Part shown: one piece after another, positions 29,901 to 40,000 of the stretch
Layout: the number at the start of each line of letters is the position of its first letter
How positions within the stretch are numbered: position 1 is the stretch's first letter
Position numbers and translations under genes: made by a program
The notes under the pieces: model-generated
The model's input: the letters and a program-made list of their open reading frames with translations, nothing else
The model's database searches: none
What the model was told of the DNA's origin: nothing
Origin: a virus
DNA length: 64,000 nucleotides
IMG/VR virus record: IMGVR_UViG_3300020463_002440
Span: 64,001 to 128,000 of that record
Strand: one strand, 5' to 3'

Positions 29901-31049
29901 ACCAATTGTCACATTACCTGTAATATCAGCATCACCATCTACTGTGAATGTGGTTCCACTGAATGTTAATTTACTACTGTCTATTAATTCGCCATCAAGA
30001 CCTGAGAATACAACTCGTCCTGATGTTAAGTCAGTAACATTAACACTTCCTAATTCTGTTTGCCCAGGTACTCTAAGTATATCTAAAAATACACCACCTG
30101 TGGCTGTAATTGAAACTCCATCGAAAGATAAGTTAGCAGTATCAATTAATTCGCCGTTTGCTCCGGCATACATAATTCGACCTTCGGTCAAATCAATAAT
30201 ATTAACACTACCTAACGATGCTTGTCCAGGAACAGACATGTTATCCAAGAATACACCGCCTGTTGCGATAATACTTGTATCATCAAATCTTAAATTGGCA
30301 GAGTCAATTAATTCTCCACCTGCTCCTGCATATACGATACGACCTTGTGTAAGGTCTGAAACGTTTAAACTATCTGTATCTGTTTGACCATCAACTTGTA
30401 ATCCATCTAAGAATACCGCTCCTGTAGCTGTAAGAGAAGTACCGTCAAAGAATAGATTAGCACTATCAACAAATTCTCCGTTGGCTGCTATGAAAGGTAT
30501 TCTTGTTGCTGTTAAATCTGAAACACTTAAACTATCAACATCAGCTTGACCGCTAACGTCTAATGTATTTGATGAAAGCGGACCACCAATATCTAAACTT
30601 GTTAATCCAACAAGAGTATTAGTTGATTCACCTAGTGTAAGAGAGGTATTACCAATTGTGATATCATTAGAAGATATGATTGTTGAATTGGCAGAAAAGT
30701 TTAATGCGTTGAAACTTACATTCTCAAAATCTGTAATATGTCCAAAAGTATCAATGGAGATATTCTTTGGATAAGATAAATTTTGGTTTGTAGTACTAAC
30801 AGCATTTGATGTGTCAGCATGGCCTATAACAACATTTGCTGCTTGATCGTTAACAGTTTGGGAAACAACAATTCCGTTAGCAGATTCTATTTGCTGAACG
30901 TAATTACCAATTGTGTCGATACCGAGAACAACAGAATCAGGAACGATCTGTGGCTTTCTCTCAGCTGGTGCAACAATAGGAGTTGACTGACCTTGTTTTG
31001 GGACGGCCTTTATCGCACGGCCACCACCGATCTTGACCTTTATACTCAC
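26976..31049 (-). CDS. Tail fibre/baseplate-associated repeat protein (1357 aa)
   Basis: Repeats LTxGRIVYAGxxGELIDSANLxFDG; two PVGxTAxRP...GMxRxNT...FEGY.G..W...VKDVDxDTFI.AE.SPGAD.D.L.F.TAG units; C-terminal LDGGTF; GTG start overlapping the upstream TGA. Confidence 0.78.
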   Translation of the reverse strand: MSIKVKIGGGRAIKAVPKQGQSTPIVAPAERKPQIVPDSVVLGIDTIGNYVQQIESANGIVVSQTVNDQAANVVIGHADTSNAVSTTNQNLSYPKNISIDTFGHITDFENVSFNALNFSANSTIISSNDITIGNTSLTLGESTNTLVGLTSLDIGGPLSSNTLDVSGQADVDSLSVSDLTATRIPFIAANGEFVDSANLFFDGTSLTATGAVFLDGLQVDGQTDTDSLNVSDLTQGRIVYAGAGGELIDSANLRFDDTSIIATGGVFLDNMSVPGQASLGSVNIIDLTEGRIMYAGANGELIDTANLSFDGVSITATGGVFLDILRVPGQTELGSVNVTDLTSGRVVFSGLDGELIDSSKLTFSGTTFTVDGDADITGNVTIGGNLTLGDNQVDTINVVADFTSDLIPDAPGLYSLGAPTKNWHRVFTPTIKSDSGVVTIDETGAFTLPVGGTADRPTSAVGMIRYNTSDSRFEGYDGTAWSELAGSVKDVDKDTFIRAELSPGADGDDLEFFTAGVKRMEIDQDGDLTFGANNGITIDYSSEKATFTDAAVSKIPTGSVVYTSSGGTLEGQANLAWDGTNLTIVGGITVDGDFSTSGGLSGDSLSVGNLQANTMMFVSDTGALSSNNNIQFDGSHMVVNATSEFRTAPTFETVSQGQVFVAGANGAIEGDSGLTYNQTTDVLSVGSLTDGRVVFAGPSGALTDDAGFTWDGSLFRVVGSGEFTGDLTIAGNLQLGDQAVDSINVVADFSSNLLPKDDATYNLGASGSQWNTLFVTKIDSDNEVLVIDTTGAITVPVGTTANRPSSLAAGMVRFNTTDGVFEGYSGNAWASLGGVKDVDQDTFIEAESSPGADNDELNFVTAGVSAFIVDSQQRINSGTANLVFEIGGHIDVGNTVITGLADPVSNTDAVTKFYLEETFDRDFHVTKAANTYVLDLFDKVDKPSIEIGTGLTIETYDQANNVVAIGFDPVWQSFTGLREAGVEGTVPNFNFDVYGRVRSLVNVPLSVSSNAVVDFVPSIYGVVEDAVRNGNFERGIRVTANSAIQKLDFVTDNFDIALLGDVTGSGTVISNSNVAITTTFDYVTLDERYINAQGGDTSNGDLRATKFVSKDDLSFYADPAGTSRLKDLHIGYNQPNSQIILGTGSGNMYFYAQGTKAGFLSSSFNFGTYFDTTDNGWHVEDGSVYSRNFIDSQDVDYLLNPAGENSRFKGLNLDTQIAIGGNLTIANNTISNASGDITVNPTTGVFSVDNSIITNVNDPVNSKDAVNKQFLDTAVGNLTTAGINIAAETGTTDVVALGETITYSAGEGINTTVANNQITIAGELASDSNIGVASFNVANFTVASGDVTVTTLDGGTF

Positions 31050-31384
31050 GAAACCTCCGTAATAGTATCAACTACGATTGCTAAGCCTTCAACTATTTTG
31101 GTGAGTTCTCCTGTTTGTTTTTCCATCACTACGTCGTATTGGTATTTACCAGGAGCTAAAAGATCTGTCTGCTGGTCAGTTAATACTAACGTAATATCGT
31201 TATTTGCGACTTCGATTGTAAAGTTAGTAGCTGCAGTACTTGAATATACTTTTCTTATGCTACTATAGAAATTATAAACAGAGATAGTTGCGTCATCATA
31301 TTCGACACCCTCATCATTAAACAGATTTAGCTCTGTTCTGAAGTCCAATCCTTTATCAATGTATATGTTAGCTCTTGATGCCAT
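31046..31384 (-). CDS. Small conserved T4-like virion protein (Ig/BppU-like)
   Basis: ANIYIDKGLDF...IRK.YSS...ITLVLTDQQT..L.PGKYQYDVV...KIVEG...V pattern common in T4-like fibre regions. Confidence 0.65.
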   Translation of the reverse strand: MASRANIYIDKGLDFRTELNLFNDEGVEYDDATISVYNFYSSIRKVYSSTAATNFTIEVANNDITLVLTDQQTDLLAPGKYQYDVVMEKQTGELTKIVEGLAIVVDTITEVS

Positions 31385-31423
31385 GGCGATGAAACCTTTT
31401 TAAATTTTTATATATTATTACCT

Positions 31424-31431
31424 TATTTATA
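31424..31431 (-). promoter_or_regulatory. T4-type late promoter TATAAATA
   Basis: Exact consensus downstream of a terminator and upstream of 31384. Confidence 0.8.
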
Positions 31432-31450
31432 AGATATGACGACTCAAATG

Positions 31451-31477
31451 AAAAAGGACATTGATTTAATGCCCTTT
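31451..31477 (-). terminator. Rho-independent terminator after the collagen-like fibre gene
   Basis: Minus strand AAAGGGCATT-AAATC-AATGTCC-TTTTT: stem with one G-U pair followed by a U-tract. Confidence 0.7.
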
Positions 31478-31525
31478 CATAGATAGTTATATGAACAGAG
31501 CAATTATACTCGACTCATAATATAA

Positions 31526-34500
31526 TTACTTCTTCAATTCGTCAATTTCTTTCTGCTGCTCTTTAATTGCTTCAATCAGTATACCGACCAAGTTTCCATA
31601 AGATACAGTCTTAGTGCCATCATCTCTTTCGCTGACAACTTCAGGCATTACTTGCTCTACTTCCTGAGCAATTACACCGGTTGAAGCCTCACCGTTATCA
31701 ATCCAATTAAACATAACACCACGTAATTTCATTACTTTATCAAGTGCATTTTCAATTGTTTCTACATTATCTTTTAGTGACTCATCAGATGTTGTGTTAA
31801 AGTCACTTGCCGTAATATCACCTGTAGTAGTAATATTATATGACTGACCATCTAAGTTACCACCTAGTTGTGGAGTTGTATCTTCAACTATATTATTGAG
31901 GTTACCACTACCACCTCCACCTGAAGGCCACGTTGTAATTGTTGAACCGCCTAATGTAACTGATCCATCAATTGTTAAATTTTCTAATGTTAATTCGTCG
32001 TCATTAGCAGTGTAGAAGAAGTTCTGATCTCCACCTGGGTTAGGTGTTGTTGTTCCATATAATGGTCTTGAACCTGATCCACCTTGAGTCATGGTAATGA
32101 ACATTGCTGTTCCTTGTAGACTACTTGTATGAATCGACGCTGTATCAGGGCTTCCTGTTGCTCCTGTTGTTCCTTGAGCACCAGTTTGACCGTCGTTACC
32201 TTGGAAACCAATTAATCCTTGAATACCTTGTAAGCCAGATCCTGTAATACCAGAAACACCTTGTGGTCCGGCTGGGCCAAGAGTTCCTTGGAAACCAGCA
32301 GAACCTTGTGCTCCTGGGTTTCCTGCTTCACCTTGAGTACCTTGAGCTCCTGCACCAAATGCTCCTTGGAAACCTAATGTACCTTGAACACCTTGAATAC
32401 CTTGTGGTCCAATTGGGCCAGAAGGACCCTGCGTACCTGTCGCATCCTCACCTGTAGGACCTTGAGCTCCTGGAGGTCCTTGAATACCACTTGACCCCGA
32501 TCCCTCAAATCCTTGAATACCAGTAATACCTTGAATACCTTGGTTACCTATAGGACCTTGAGTACCTGCACCACCTGAACCACCTTCGTTACCTTGAACA
32601 CCTTGTGGTCCGACTCCACCTTGAATACCTTGTAAGCCAGATCCGTTTTCACCTTGAATACCTAAGTCACCTTGAATACCTTGAATACCTTGAGTACCTA
32701 ATCCACCTAATTCTCCAGGAGGACCCTGAACTCCTTGTATTCCACCTGGGCCTTGAATACCAGGAGCACCTGTACCGTCTTGACCTTGTAGTCCTTGGTT
32801 ACCTTGCATTCCTTGGAAGCCTTGAGCGGATGCTCCACCAATAACTCCTTGTAAACCGATAAGACCTTGAATACCCTGTGGACCGTTGGAACCTTGAACA
32901 CCTTGAGGGCCAAGATCACCAGCTCCAGTTTCACCTTGTATACCTTGAGGTCCGCTCGGTCCTTGAATACCGGCACCATCAATACCTTGAGGTCCTGATT
33001 CACCTTGTAAACCTTGAATACCTTGTAAGCCTTGAACACCACTTCCTGTAACACCTGAAGTACCCTGTGGTCCTTGAACACCTTGGATACCTGAACCTGT
33101 TGTTCCTTGAGTACCTACCGCGCCTGGTCCTTGAACTCCTTGTATACCTTGAGAACCTGCTGCTCCTACTCCGGTTGTTCCTTGAATACCTTGAATACCT
33201 TGAGAACCTGCTCCAGTTGTACCTTGAGTACCTTGAGAACCTGCACCACCTGGCTGTCCATCTCCACCGTCAGCTCCTTGTAAACCTTGAGCACCCGGTC
33301 CACCTTCTGGACCTTGAATACCTTGTGTACCTTGGAATCCGTCTGAACCGGTTCCACCAATACCTTGTGATCCTGTGACACCTTGAATACCTTGAATACC
33401 TTGCGCGCCTGCTCCTGAATCACCTTGAATACCTAATCCACCTTGTATTCCTGCATTACCTTGAGCACCTTGAATACCTACAGAACCAGTTGTTCCTTGT
33501 AATCCTTGTAAACCTTGAGGGCCTTGTAATCCTTGTGGTCCGGTTGAACCTTGAGCTCCTGCTCCAGTTGTTCCTTGTAATCCTAATAGACCTTGAGTTC
33601 CTTGTAATCCTTGTAAGCCTTGCGTACCTTGATTACCTACTGCTCCGATATCACCTGTTCTTGCGAATGTAATTGTAACATCTTCTTGATCTGCAAATGT
33701 ACCGTTACCACTAACAAAAGCACAGGTAAGAATAAAGTATCCTGTTGGTTCTGCTAACGAACTGATTGTAAATATTTGGAAAACTTCAGGTTGTGATTTC
33801 TTTGTAACCTTAAAGTGACCTTTAATAGGACTTGAAGAATCGTCTACTGTTCTAAGAAAAGGTTCAATATTAATAAAGTTATCATCTCTATCATCAATAT
33901 ACAATGCAGTAGCTGATGAATAAGTAGCATTATTGAATTTTAATTTACCAATACCTGGATCGTTATTAATAGTAGATACGTCAAAAGTATAGTCGAATGT
34001 AATACCACCGAATGAACCTTCAGCGCCTTGTAAACCTGAATTACCTTGTAAACCTTGAGGTCCTTGAATACCTGCGCCTGTTAAACCTTGTAGTCCTTGA
34101 GTTCCTTGAGAACCTGTTGATCCTTGAATACCAGCTGGGCCACGAGGAATAAATGTAATAAGTGCGGCAGGACCGTGAACTGCATTTACTGCCGTTTGCC
34201 AATTTGTTACATTACCATCAACATAGTTAACATCAAAGTAACCATAGTTCTTAGAACCTGAATCCCAAGTCCAATCTGTAATTTCGTAAACTAACCAATG
34301 ATGTCCAGCAGGACCATTTCCATCGTCGTAATTACCTTCTTGTACTTTAAGATATCCTTTAACTGTTCCTGGCTGATTATCAATAAAATCTAGGAAGTCA
34401 TCAATCTCTTGTGTAAATTGGTCAGCAGGAATATCATCAAGTGTAATTAATGTAGCAAGAGCCGGATTTGAATTGTTAAATTTAAAATTGTTTGTACCAG

Positions 34501-36535
34501 GATCGGATCCGCCAATTGTATTATTAACAAAATTCCATATCCAAGTTAAACCACCGTATTGACCTTGCTCGCCTTGTAATCCTTGAATGCCTTGTATGCC
34601 AGTTGTTCCTTGAACACCTTGAGTACCCTGACCACCTTCTCTTCCTTGTAGTCCCTGTAGACCTTGTAATCCTTGGATTCCTGTAATACCTTGTATACCT
34701 TGCGACCCTTGTATTGCCTCGCCTTGAATCCCTTGTAGACCCTGTAAACCTTGAATACCTGTCGTTCCTTGAACTCCTTGTAAACCTTGAACACCTTGTG
34801 GACCAAAGTTACCTTGTAATCCTTGGACACCTTGTAGACCTTGAATACCACGATCACCATTTCTTGAGAATGTTAAACGAATGTCTATACCGTTTGCGAA
34901 AGTACCTGCACCACTTATTTTCTCAACAGCATACTCCCAATAACCAGTCTTATCTGTTATTGTATCAATCTTAAATAATGCTTGATCGTAAATATCTACT
35001 GCATTAATAATTCTTACATAACCTTTAGGAGAACCAACAATTGAGTTAAGTTCAGCAGATAAGCCATCCATAACATTGTTAGCACTTTGATCTTCATCAT
35101 CAATCCATAGCTTAAGGTTAGAAGCTGTTAAATCAGTATCACTGAAACGAATCTTTCCTGTACCAGGATCTGCATCAGTTGTGTTATTGTCGTAATCGTA
35201 ATCGTATGTTATTCCACCGAAGTCTCCGGTAGAACCTTGTAATCCTTGTAAGCCTTGAAGTCCTTGTGTACCCTGAACTCCTTGAACACCTTGTAAGCCT
35301 TGAGTACCTTGTGTTCCTGTATCACCTTGTATGCCAGTTGTTCCTTGGACGCCTTGAGTACCTTGAGGTCCAAGTAGTCCTTGAGTACCTTGAACTCCCT
35401 GAACACCTTGCGATCCTGTTATACCTTGAACACCTTGAGCACCACTTCTTACAAATGAAAGTATGAATGCAGGATCTGCAGCAACGTTTGTTAATACTGC
35501 TCCTGTACTTCCTATATGATTAACAAGTATTGTGAACCAACCAGAGTTATCTGTTATTTGTGTAATTTCATATGTAATGAATTGTGATGTATCACTGATT
35601 CTTGTTGCTTGTATATAACCTTTAACAGGACCTGATACTTGGTCAATAGAATTTAGTAATGCTGATACATCTTTAGATTGTTTTGCTGTTGAGTCAATGA
35701 ATAGTGCTGAAGCAGAGTTAGCCGCGGCTGAATTAATTGCGAACTTACCAACTGTAGGATCTTGAGCAACTGTTGTGAGATCAAAGTCAAACTCAAATGA
35801 TACTCCACCATAAGAACCTACAAAACCTTGAATTCCATAAAATCCTTGTATACCAGTGATTCCTTGAACACCCTGTGGTCCTGCACGTCCTTGTGTTCCT
35901 TGGAAACCAAGATCACCTTGAATACCGGTAATACCTTGAACACCTTGTGGACCACGTCTTCCTTGTATACCTTGAATACCGTATATTCCTTGCACACCCT
36001 GAACGCCTTGAATACCACGGAATCCTTGAACTCCACGATATCCTTGTTCACCTTGAATACCTTCTTGACCTAATGTTCCTTGATTACCTTGTAATCCTTG
36101 AATTCCTTGAAATCCTTGTACACCACGGAAAGATCCAATATTTACCCAATTGGCTCCATCCCAAATCCATAGTTCATCATCAGCTTCATCAATAACACCT
36201 TCACCAATATTAGGCGAGGTAAATGCTGCGTTTAAAGTTGCTTGTGGATCTCCACCTGCATCAACATCTGCAACTGAACCAATAATTGTAAAGCCAGGTC
36301 CGTAATTACCTTGGACACCTTGATTACCTTGAATGCCTGAGAAACCTTGTGTTCCTTGAGGTCCTGTTCCAAGTGGCTCCCAGGAAGTACCGTCGGAATA
36401 TCTTAACTCTCCGTTATCGGCATAAACCACTGCACCTTCAAAAGGAGCAGGATCGAGAGTGATAGGAAAAGTTTGCGGAACACCGTGTCCGATTAATTGG
36501 TTCTTTCCTGTCAATGTTCCGAATTTACTGGCCAT
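31526..36535 (-). CDS. Collagen-like fibre protein (Gly-X-Gln) with four globular repeats and C-terminal peptidase S74 chaperone
   Basis: Long GIQGLQGVQG tracts; four (F/Y)GG(I/V/L).......DP..G domains; TTSDESLKDNVETIENALDKVMKLRGV...GVIAQEVE.VMPEVV...VSYGNLVGILIEAIKE. Confidence 0.9.
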   Translation of the reverse strand: MASKFGTLTGKNQLIGHGVPQTFPITLDPAPFEGAVVYADNGELRYSDGTSWEPLGTGPQGTQGFSGIQGNQGVQGNYGPGFTIIGSVADVDAGGDPQATLNAAFTSPNIGEGVIDEADDELWIWDGANWVNIGSFRGVQGFQGIQGLQGNQGTLGQEGIQGEQGYRGVQGFRGIQGVQGVQGIYGIQGIQGRRGPQGVQGITGIQGDLGFQGTQGRAGPQGVQGITGIQGFYGIQGFVGSYGGVSFEFDFDLTTVAQDPTVGKFAINSAAANSASALFIDSTAKQSKDVSALLNSIDQVSGPVKGYIQATRISDTSQFITYEITQITDNSGWFTILVNHIGSTGAVLTNVAADPAFILSFVRSGAQGVQGITGSQGVQGVQGTQGLLGPQGTQGVQGTTGIQGDTGTQGTQGLQGVQGVQGTQGLQGLQGLQGSTGDFGGITYDYDYDNNTTDADPGTGKIRFSDTDLTASNLKLWIDDEDQSANNVMDGLSAELNSIVGSPKGYVRIINAVDIYDQALFKIDTITDKTGYWEYAVEKISGAGTFANGIDIRLTFSRNGDRGIQGLQGVQGLQGNFGPQGVQGLQGVQGTTGIQGLQGLQGIQGEAIQGSQGIQGITGIQGLQGLQGLQGREGGQGTQGVQGTTGIQGIQGLQGEQGQYGGLTWIWNFVNNTIGGSDPGTNNFKFNNSNPALATLITLDDIPADQFTQEIDDFLDFIDNQPGTVKGYLKVQEGNYDDGNGPAGHHWLVYEITDWTWDSGSKNYGYFDVNYVDGNVTNWQTAVNAVHGPAALITFIPRGPAGIQGSTGSQGTQGLQGLTGAGIQGPQGLQGNSGLQGAEGSFGGITFDYTFDVSTINNDPGIGKLKFNNATYSSATALYIDDRDDNFINIEPFLRTVDDSSSPIKGHFKVTKKSQPEVFQIFTISSLAEPTGYFILTCAFVSGNGTFADQEDVTITFARTGDIGAVGNQGTQGLQGLQGTQGLLGLQGTTGAGAQGSTGPQGLQGPQGLQGLQGTTGSVGIQGAQGNAGIQGGLGIQGDSGAGAQGIQGIQGVTGSQGIGGTGSDGFQGTQGIQGPEGGPGAQGLQGADGGDGQPGGAGSQGTQGTTGAGSQGIQGIQGTTGVGAAGSQGIQGVQGPGAVGTQGTTGSGIQGVQGPQGTSGVTGSGVQGLQGIQGLQGESGPQGIDGAGIQGPSGPQGIQGETGAGDLGPQGVQGSNGPQGIQGLIGLQGVIGGASAQGFQGMQGNQGLQGQDGTGAPGIQGPGGIQGVQGPPGELGGLGTQGIQGIQGDLGIQGENGSGLQGIQGGVGPQGVQGNEGGSGGAGTQGPIGNQGIQGITGIQGFEGSGSSGIQGPPGAQGPTGEDATGTQGPSGPIGPQGIQGVQGTLGFQGAFGAGAQGTQGEAGNPGAQGSAGFQGTLGPAGPQGVSGITGSGLQGIQGLIGFQGNDGQTGAQGTTGATGSPDTASIHTSSLQGTAMFITMTQGGSGSRPLYGTTTPNPGGDQNFFYTANDDELTLENLTIDGSVTLGGSTITTWPSGGGGSGNLNNIVEDTTPQLGGNLDGQSYNITTTGDITASDFNTTSDESLKDNVETIENALDKVMKLRGVMFNWIDNGEASTGVIAQEVEQVMPEVVSERDDGTKTVSYGNLVGILIEAIKEQQKEIDELKK
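32150..36370 (-). repeat. 9-bp-periodic collagen coding repeats (ccttg on the plus strand)
   Basis: Recurrent ccttga/ccttgt corresponding to CAA-GGN (Gln-Gly) codons. Confidence 0.9.
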
Positions 36536-36574
36536 TTATTTTATTTCCTTAAAGTTCAAACCTTATTAATAATA

Positions 36575-36582
36575 TATTTATT
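36575..36582 (-). promoter_or_regulatory. Putative late promoter AATAAATA
   Basis: Variant box in the intergenic gap upstream of the collagen gene. Confidence 0.55.
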
Positions 36583-36586
36583 ATGT

Positions 36587-37012
36587 TTAAACAACATCGT
36601 CTTCTTCAGACTGACCTTGTGTAAACGATATTGTCGCATGAATAGCCAAATCGGCCGTTGCCTCGATTTTTAACTCATCTCCTGTTTTCAAAAACTGACC
36701 GTTCAATGGAATCGGTATCGTCTCATATGCTGGAATTGGCATGTTCTTAAGTATAAAGAATTCTGCGTTTTCTATATGCCTATGAATTTGTAAATCAATA
36801 TTAACAGTATTAGCTGTAACATTGCACAATACAAGAGGTGAGATAATTTCAGCAACACCTGGCTCAACGACGTTTGATCCACCAAAGACAAGCTCAGGTA
36901 CATTATAGTTTGGACAATCCACAATCACACTCATATTGGTTGTAACAACCTTACTGACGGCAATTGGTTTAGCGTCAGGTGCTTGTGAGGTATCTATAGT
37001 AGTTATTGACAT
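36587..37012 (-). CDS. Conserved hypothetical virion protein
   Basis: 141-aa beta-rich ORF (L.NVT.N...I...IP..ET......L.TGD.L) tightly linked to the giant gene. Confidence 0.6.
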   Translation of the reverse strand: MSITTIDTSQAPDAKPIAVSKVVTTNMSVIVDCPNYNVPELVFGGSNVVEPGVAEIISPLVLCNVTANTVNIDLQIHRHIENAEFFILKNMPIPAYETIPIPLNGQFLKTGDELKIEATADLAIHATISFTQGQSEEDDVV

Positions 37013-37027
37013 TTTTAATTTCCTATT

Positions 37028-40000
37028 TTAAATTACTGCTCTACTGTTTGAAGCTCTTCTTGCGAGTTTTCTTACAGAAGATGTAAATGGTCGACCTTCG
37101 ATTCTACCTGTTCGACCGTTAATTCTTAGTCCTCTTGCGAAGTACTGGTTATTCAATTCATCAGCACCTGACCATCGGATTCTACCACCGTCCTCATTAA
37201 GAACCGAAGCAACTGCTGATATAGCAGCACCTAAGTTTCTAAAGTTCAGAGGTAATGCATTTCTGTTAACACCTGCTGATGCACCGTTAAACTGGTGAGC
37301 AATAGATTCAACCAATGATCCAAATACTAATGTATCAGGTTTAAGTACATTACTCTTCAGACAATTATCAAATAATGCTTGTATCATTGCTGTATGATCT
37401 GAATCAGGAGATAGATTATTTACAAGATAATCTCTCATTCGATCCCACGATCCAGTAAATGCATCTAACAAGTCTGTATTGTTAGCACCTTCTAATACCC
37501 AAGTTGAACCATTCCAATAATATATATTACCTGCATACAGATTTGTTGTGAAATCAGTAGCAACAATATATGCCCAGTTTGGTTTCTGTCCTGTAATAGA
37601 ACTTAACGCAGCCACATCAACAACTGATCCTTTATATTTCAATCCTTGCATTGTTGGATTGAATACTGGGAACACATGAGTACCATCGTAATCAAAGAAT
37701 GTTGCTGTAAATGTTCTTATTGCGTTCTGATTACCATTTGTTTGATAGCTTGGTCCTACTGCTTGTGTATCTACATATTTGAAATCATTCTGTAAAGCAG
37801 TTAGTAAGTTTCTTGCATCACGTCTTGTTAGATTAATATCAAGGAAGTTATATGTAGCATTTACATATCTTACAGTATCTTTCTGTAATCCTTTTCTTCT
37901 TTGAGCAAGTATATCTTGAGCATCTGTAAATACTGCATCGCTGTAACTGTAATCAGGTTCAGTTTTAACAGGTAAGTACTTAGTATCATTATTTATTTGA
38001 GTTAAGAAGAATATATCTGCAAGATCTTTAACCTTCTTGCTTTCAACTGCAGTTCCTAATTCACCAAGTATCTTCTGACCTTCGTATTCACCAATTACAA
38101 TATCTTTACAAATCTTACCTAATTGACGATATGCTTTTGCAGTTGGTTCTCGTTGATCTTCAGGTAATCTGTAAACTTGATTCCAGAAGTAGAAATCAGC
38201 ATTCCATCTTGACGCGGTATTACCACCGAAGTTCAAGTCAAAGCTGAATGCATCAAGTAAGAAACCTGTATCTCTTCTACATTTATCTTTGTTGTAATCA
38301 AGTACAGTGAATTGATTGTTTATAAATTCAGTTACATCGGAAGCAAGTTCTTCAGTATTATCAACAAGTTTCTGAGCAGCATTACTAAGTTCAGTTGTTG
38401 GGAAACTTGAAGTTGATACTGGTCTTGGCAATTCGTCATTATCATTAGATCTTATTGATTGTTCGATAATACCAACTAAGTTAGTAACCTCAGTACCTTC
38501 AGTTGAAGTAGCTGCTACACCCAATGTATTTTGCGGAGTTAAAGTATATGTACTTGCATTAGTTACTGGAGTTTCTTGAACTACTTGAGACATTGCATTA
38601 CCAAGCAACTGTAATATATCAGCGTATTGTCTTTGCTGATCTACTTTAAGTACTGATACTTCTTTCTCAAAGTAAATGCCTGCTGATTGTAATGATGCGA
38701 AGTTTGTTTCATATTGAACATCGTGTGATATAGCATCAATAGTATATCCTATATCTCTTCTACATCTTGCTCGAGGGAAACTCAATCCGTTATGATTAAC
38801 TGATATATAACTGATAACACCTTCTGCGGCAGTATGAGATAGTCTTTCAACAAGCTCTTTAGCAGTTACATAGTTATCTCCCATCCAAGTTTGATCCACA
38901 TCAATTCTTTCAGGAATTGTAGATCTTACTTCATAAGAATCATCAACCGCATTGGCAATAAGTTCAACTAGCTTTCTTGTAGCAATACAAGTATTTGGAT
39001 TTGCACCGTGTATCGAGAAGTCTTGAGCTTCTGTTGTTTGATACGAAGGTACGCCGTTCCAATATTCGTATTTAGTTACAATATCACCAGTATAATATTT
39101 TCCTGTTCTTGGGAATAGTTTTGTTTCAATATCCTTAGCACCAACAACATGTTCTATAACTTTTGCCATGTGTAAGAATGCATCTCTTGTTCCCATGTAT
39201 TGTTCGATCTGTAATCCAGTATTTACTGTATTTTCAAAATACATTCCTGCAGTTTGAACTGAAGCCGCATTACCTCCATATTGAATGTCATGAGAAACTG
39301 CATCAATAATATATCCAGCATCTCTTCGACATTTCTCTTCACTGAATGGAAGTATATCATAATTTTCTGCAAGATAAGCAAGCAAGTCTTTAGCAACCGT
39401 TTCTTTAACTCCAAGTACTTCATTAAACGCTGTTTGATTAACTGCAGCATAATTTGATACTTTAGGCAATTCATAAGCAGGATTCAAGAGTAAGGTTGCA
39501 CTTGTAAGAGCATTTGCACAAAGATCAAATAAACCTTCCATTTCGGCGCCGAGTGGAGCACCACCTGAACCTGAACTGAAGTCTTGACTTAACGCATTAT
39601 TTGCTGATTTTAAACCAGCAATATCAGTATCTTGGACAATTAAATCAACACAATCTCCAATATGTTTAAATAGCATAGCTGAAGGCTCAACTTGATTTGT
39701 AGGTAAGCCAACATTAACTCCCTTTTCAAAATAAAGTCGAGTAAAGTTTTGAGTAGCAAAGTTACCTTGATGTTGTCCGTCAAATGAAACTGCATCAATC
39801 AAGTATCCTGTATCTCTTTCGCATTTAGCAACATCGTGAACATGGCTTGGATAATTTGCCTCAACCCATGCTGTTGCTTCAGCTATTAAGAATGCTTTGT
39901 TATTTTGTAATTGAGATCTACCATTTATTCGAGCAACACCTTGAGCATTTGTAGTAAAGTTGATTGCATCAGCAGCACTTCTACCATTTGTCATAACATC

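Noticed and set aside
32150-36370. Dense short DNA repeats as a CRISPR array or satellite
   Set aside because: The 9-bp periodicity is fully explained by Gly-X-Gln codons; there is no constant repeat with unique spacers
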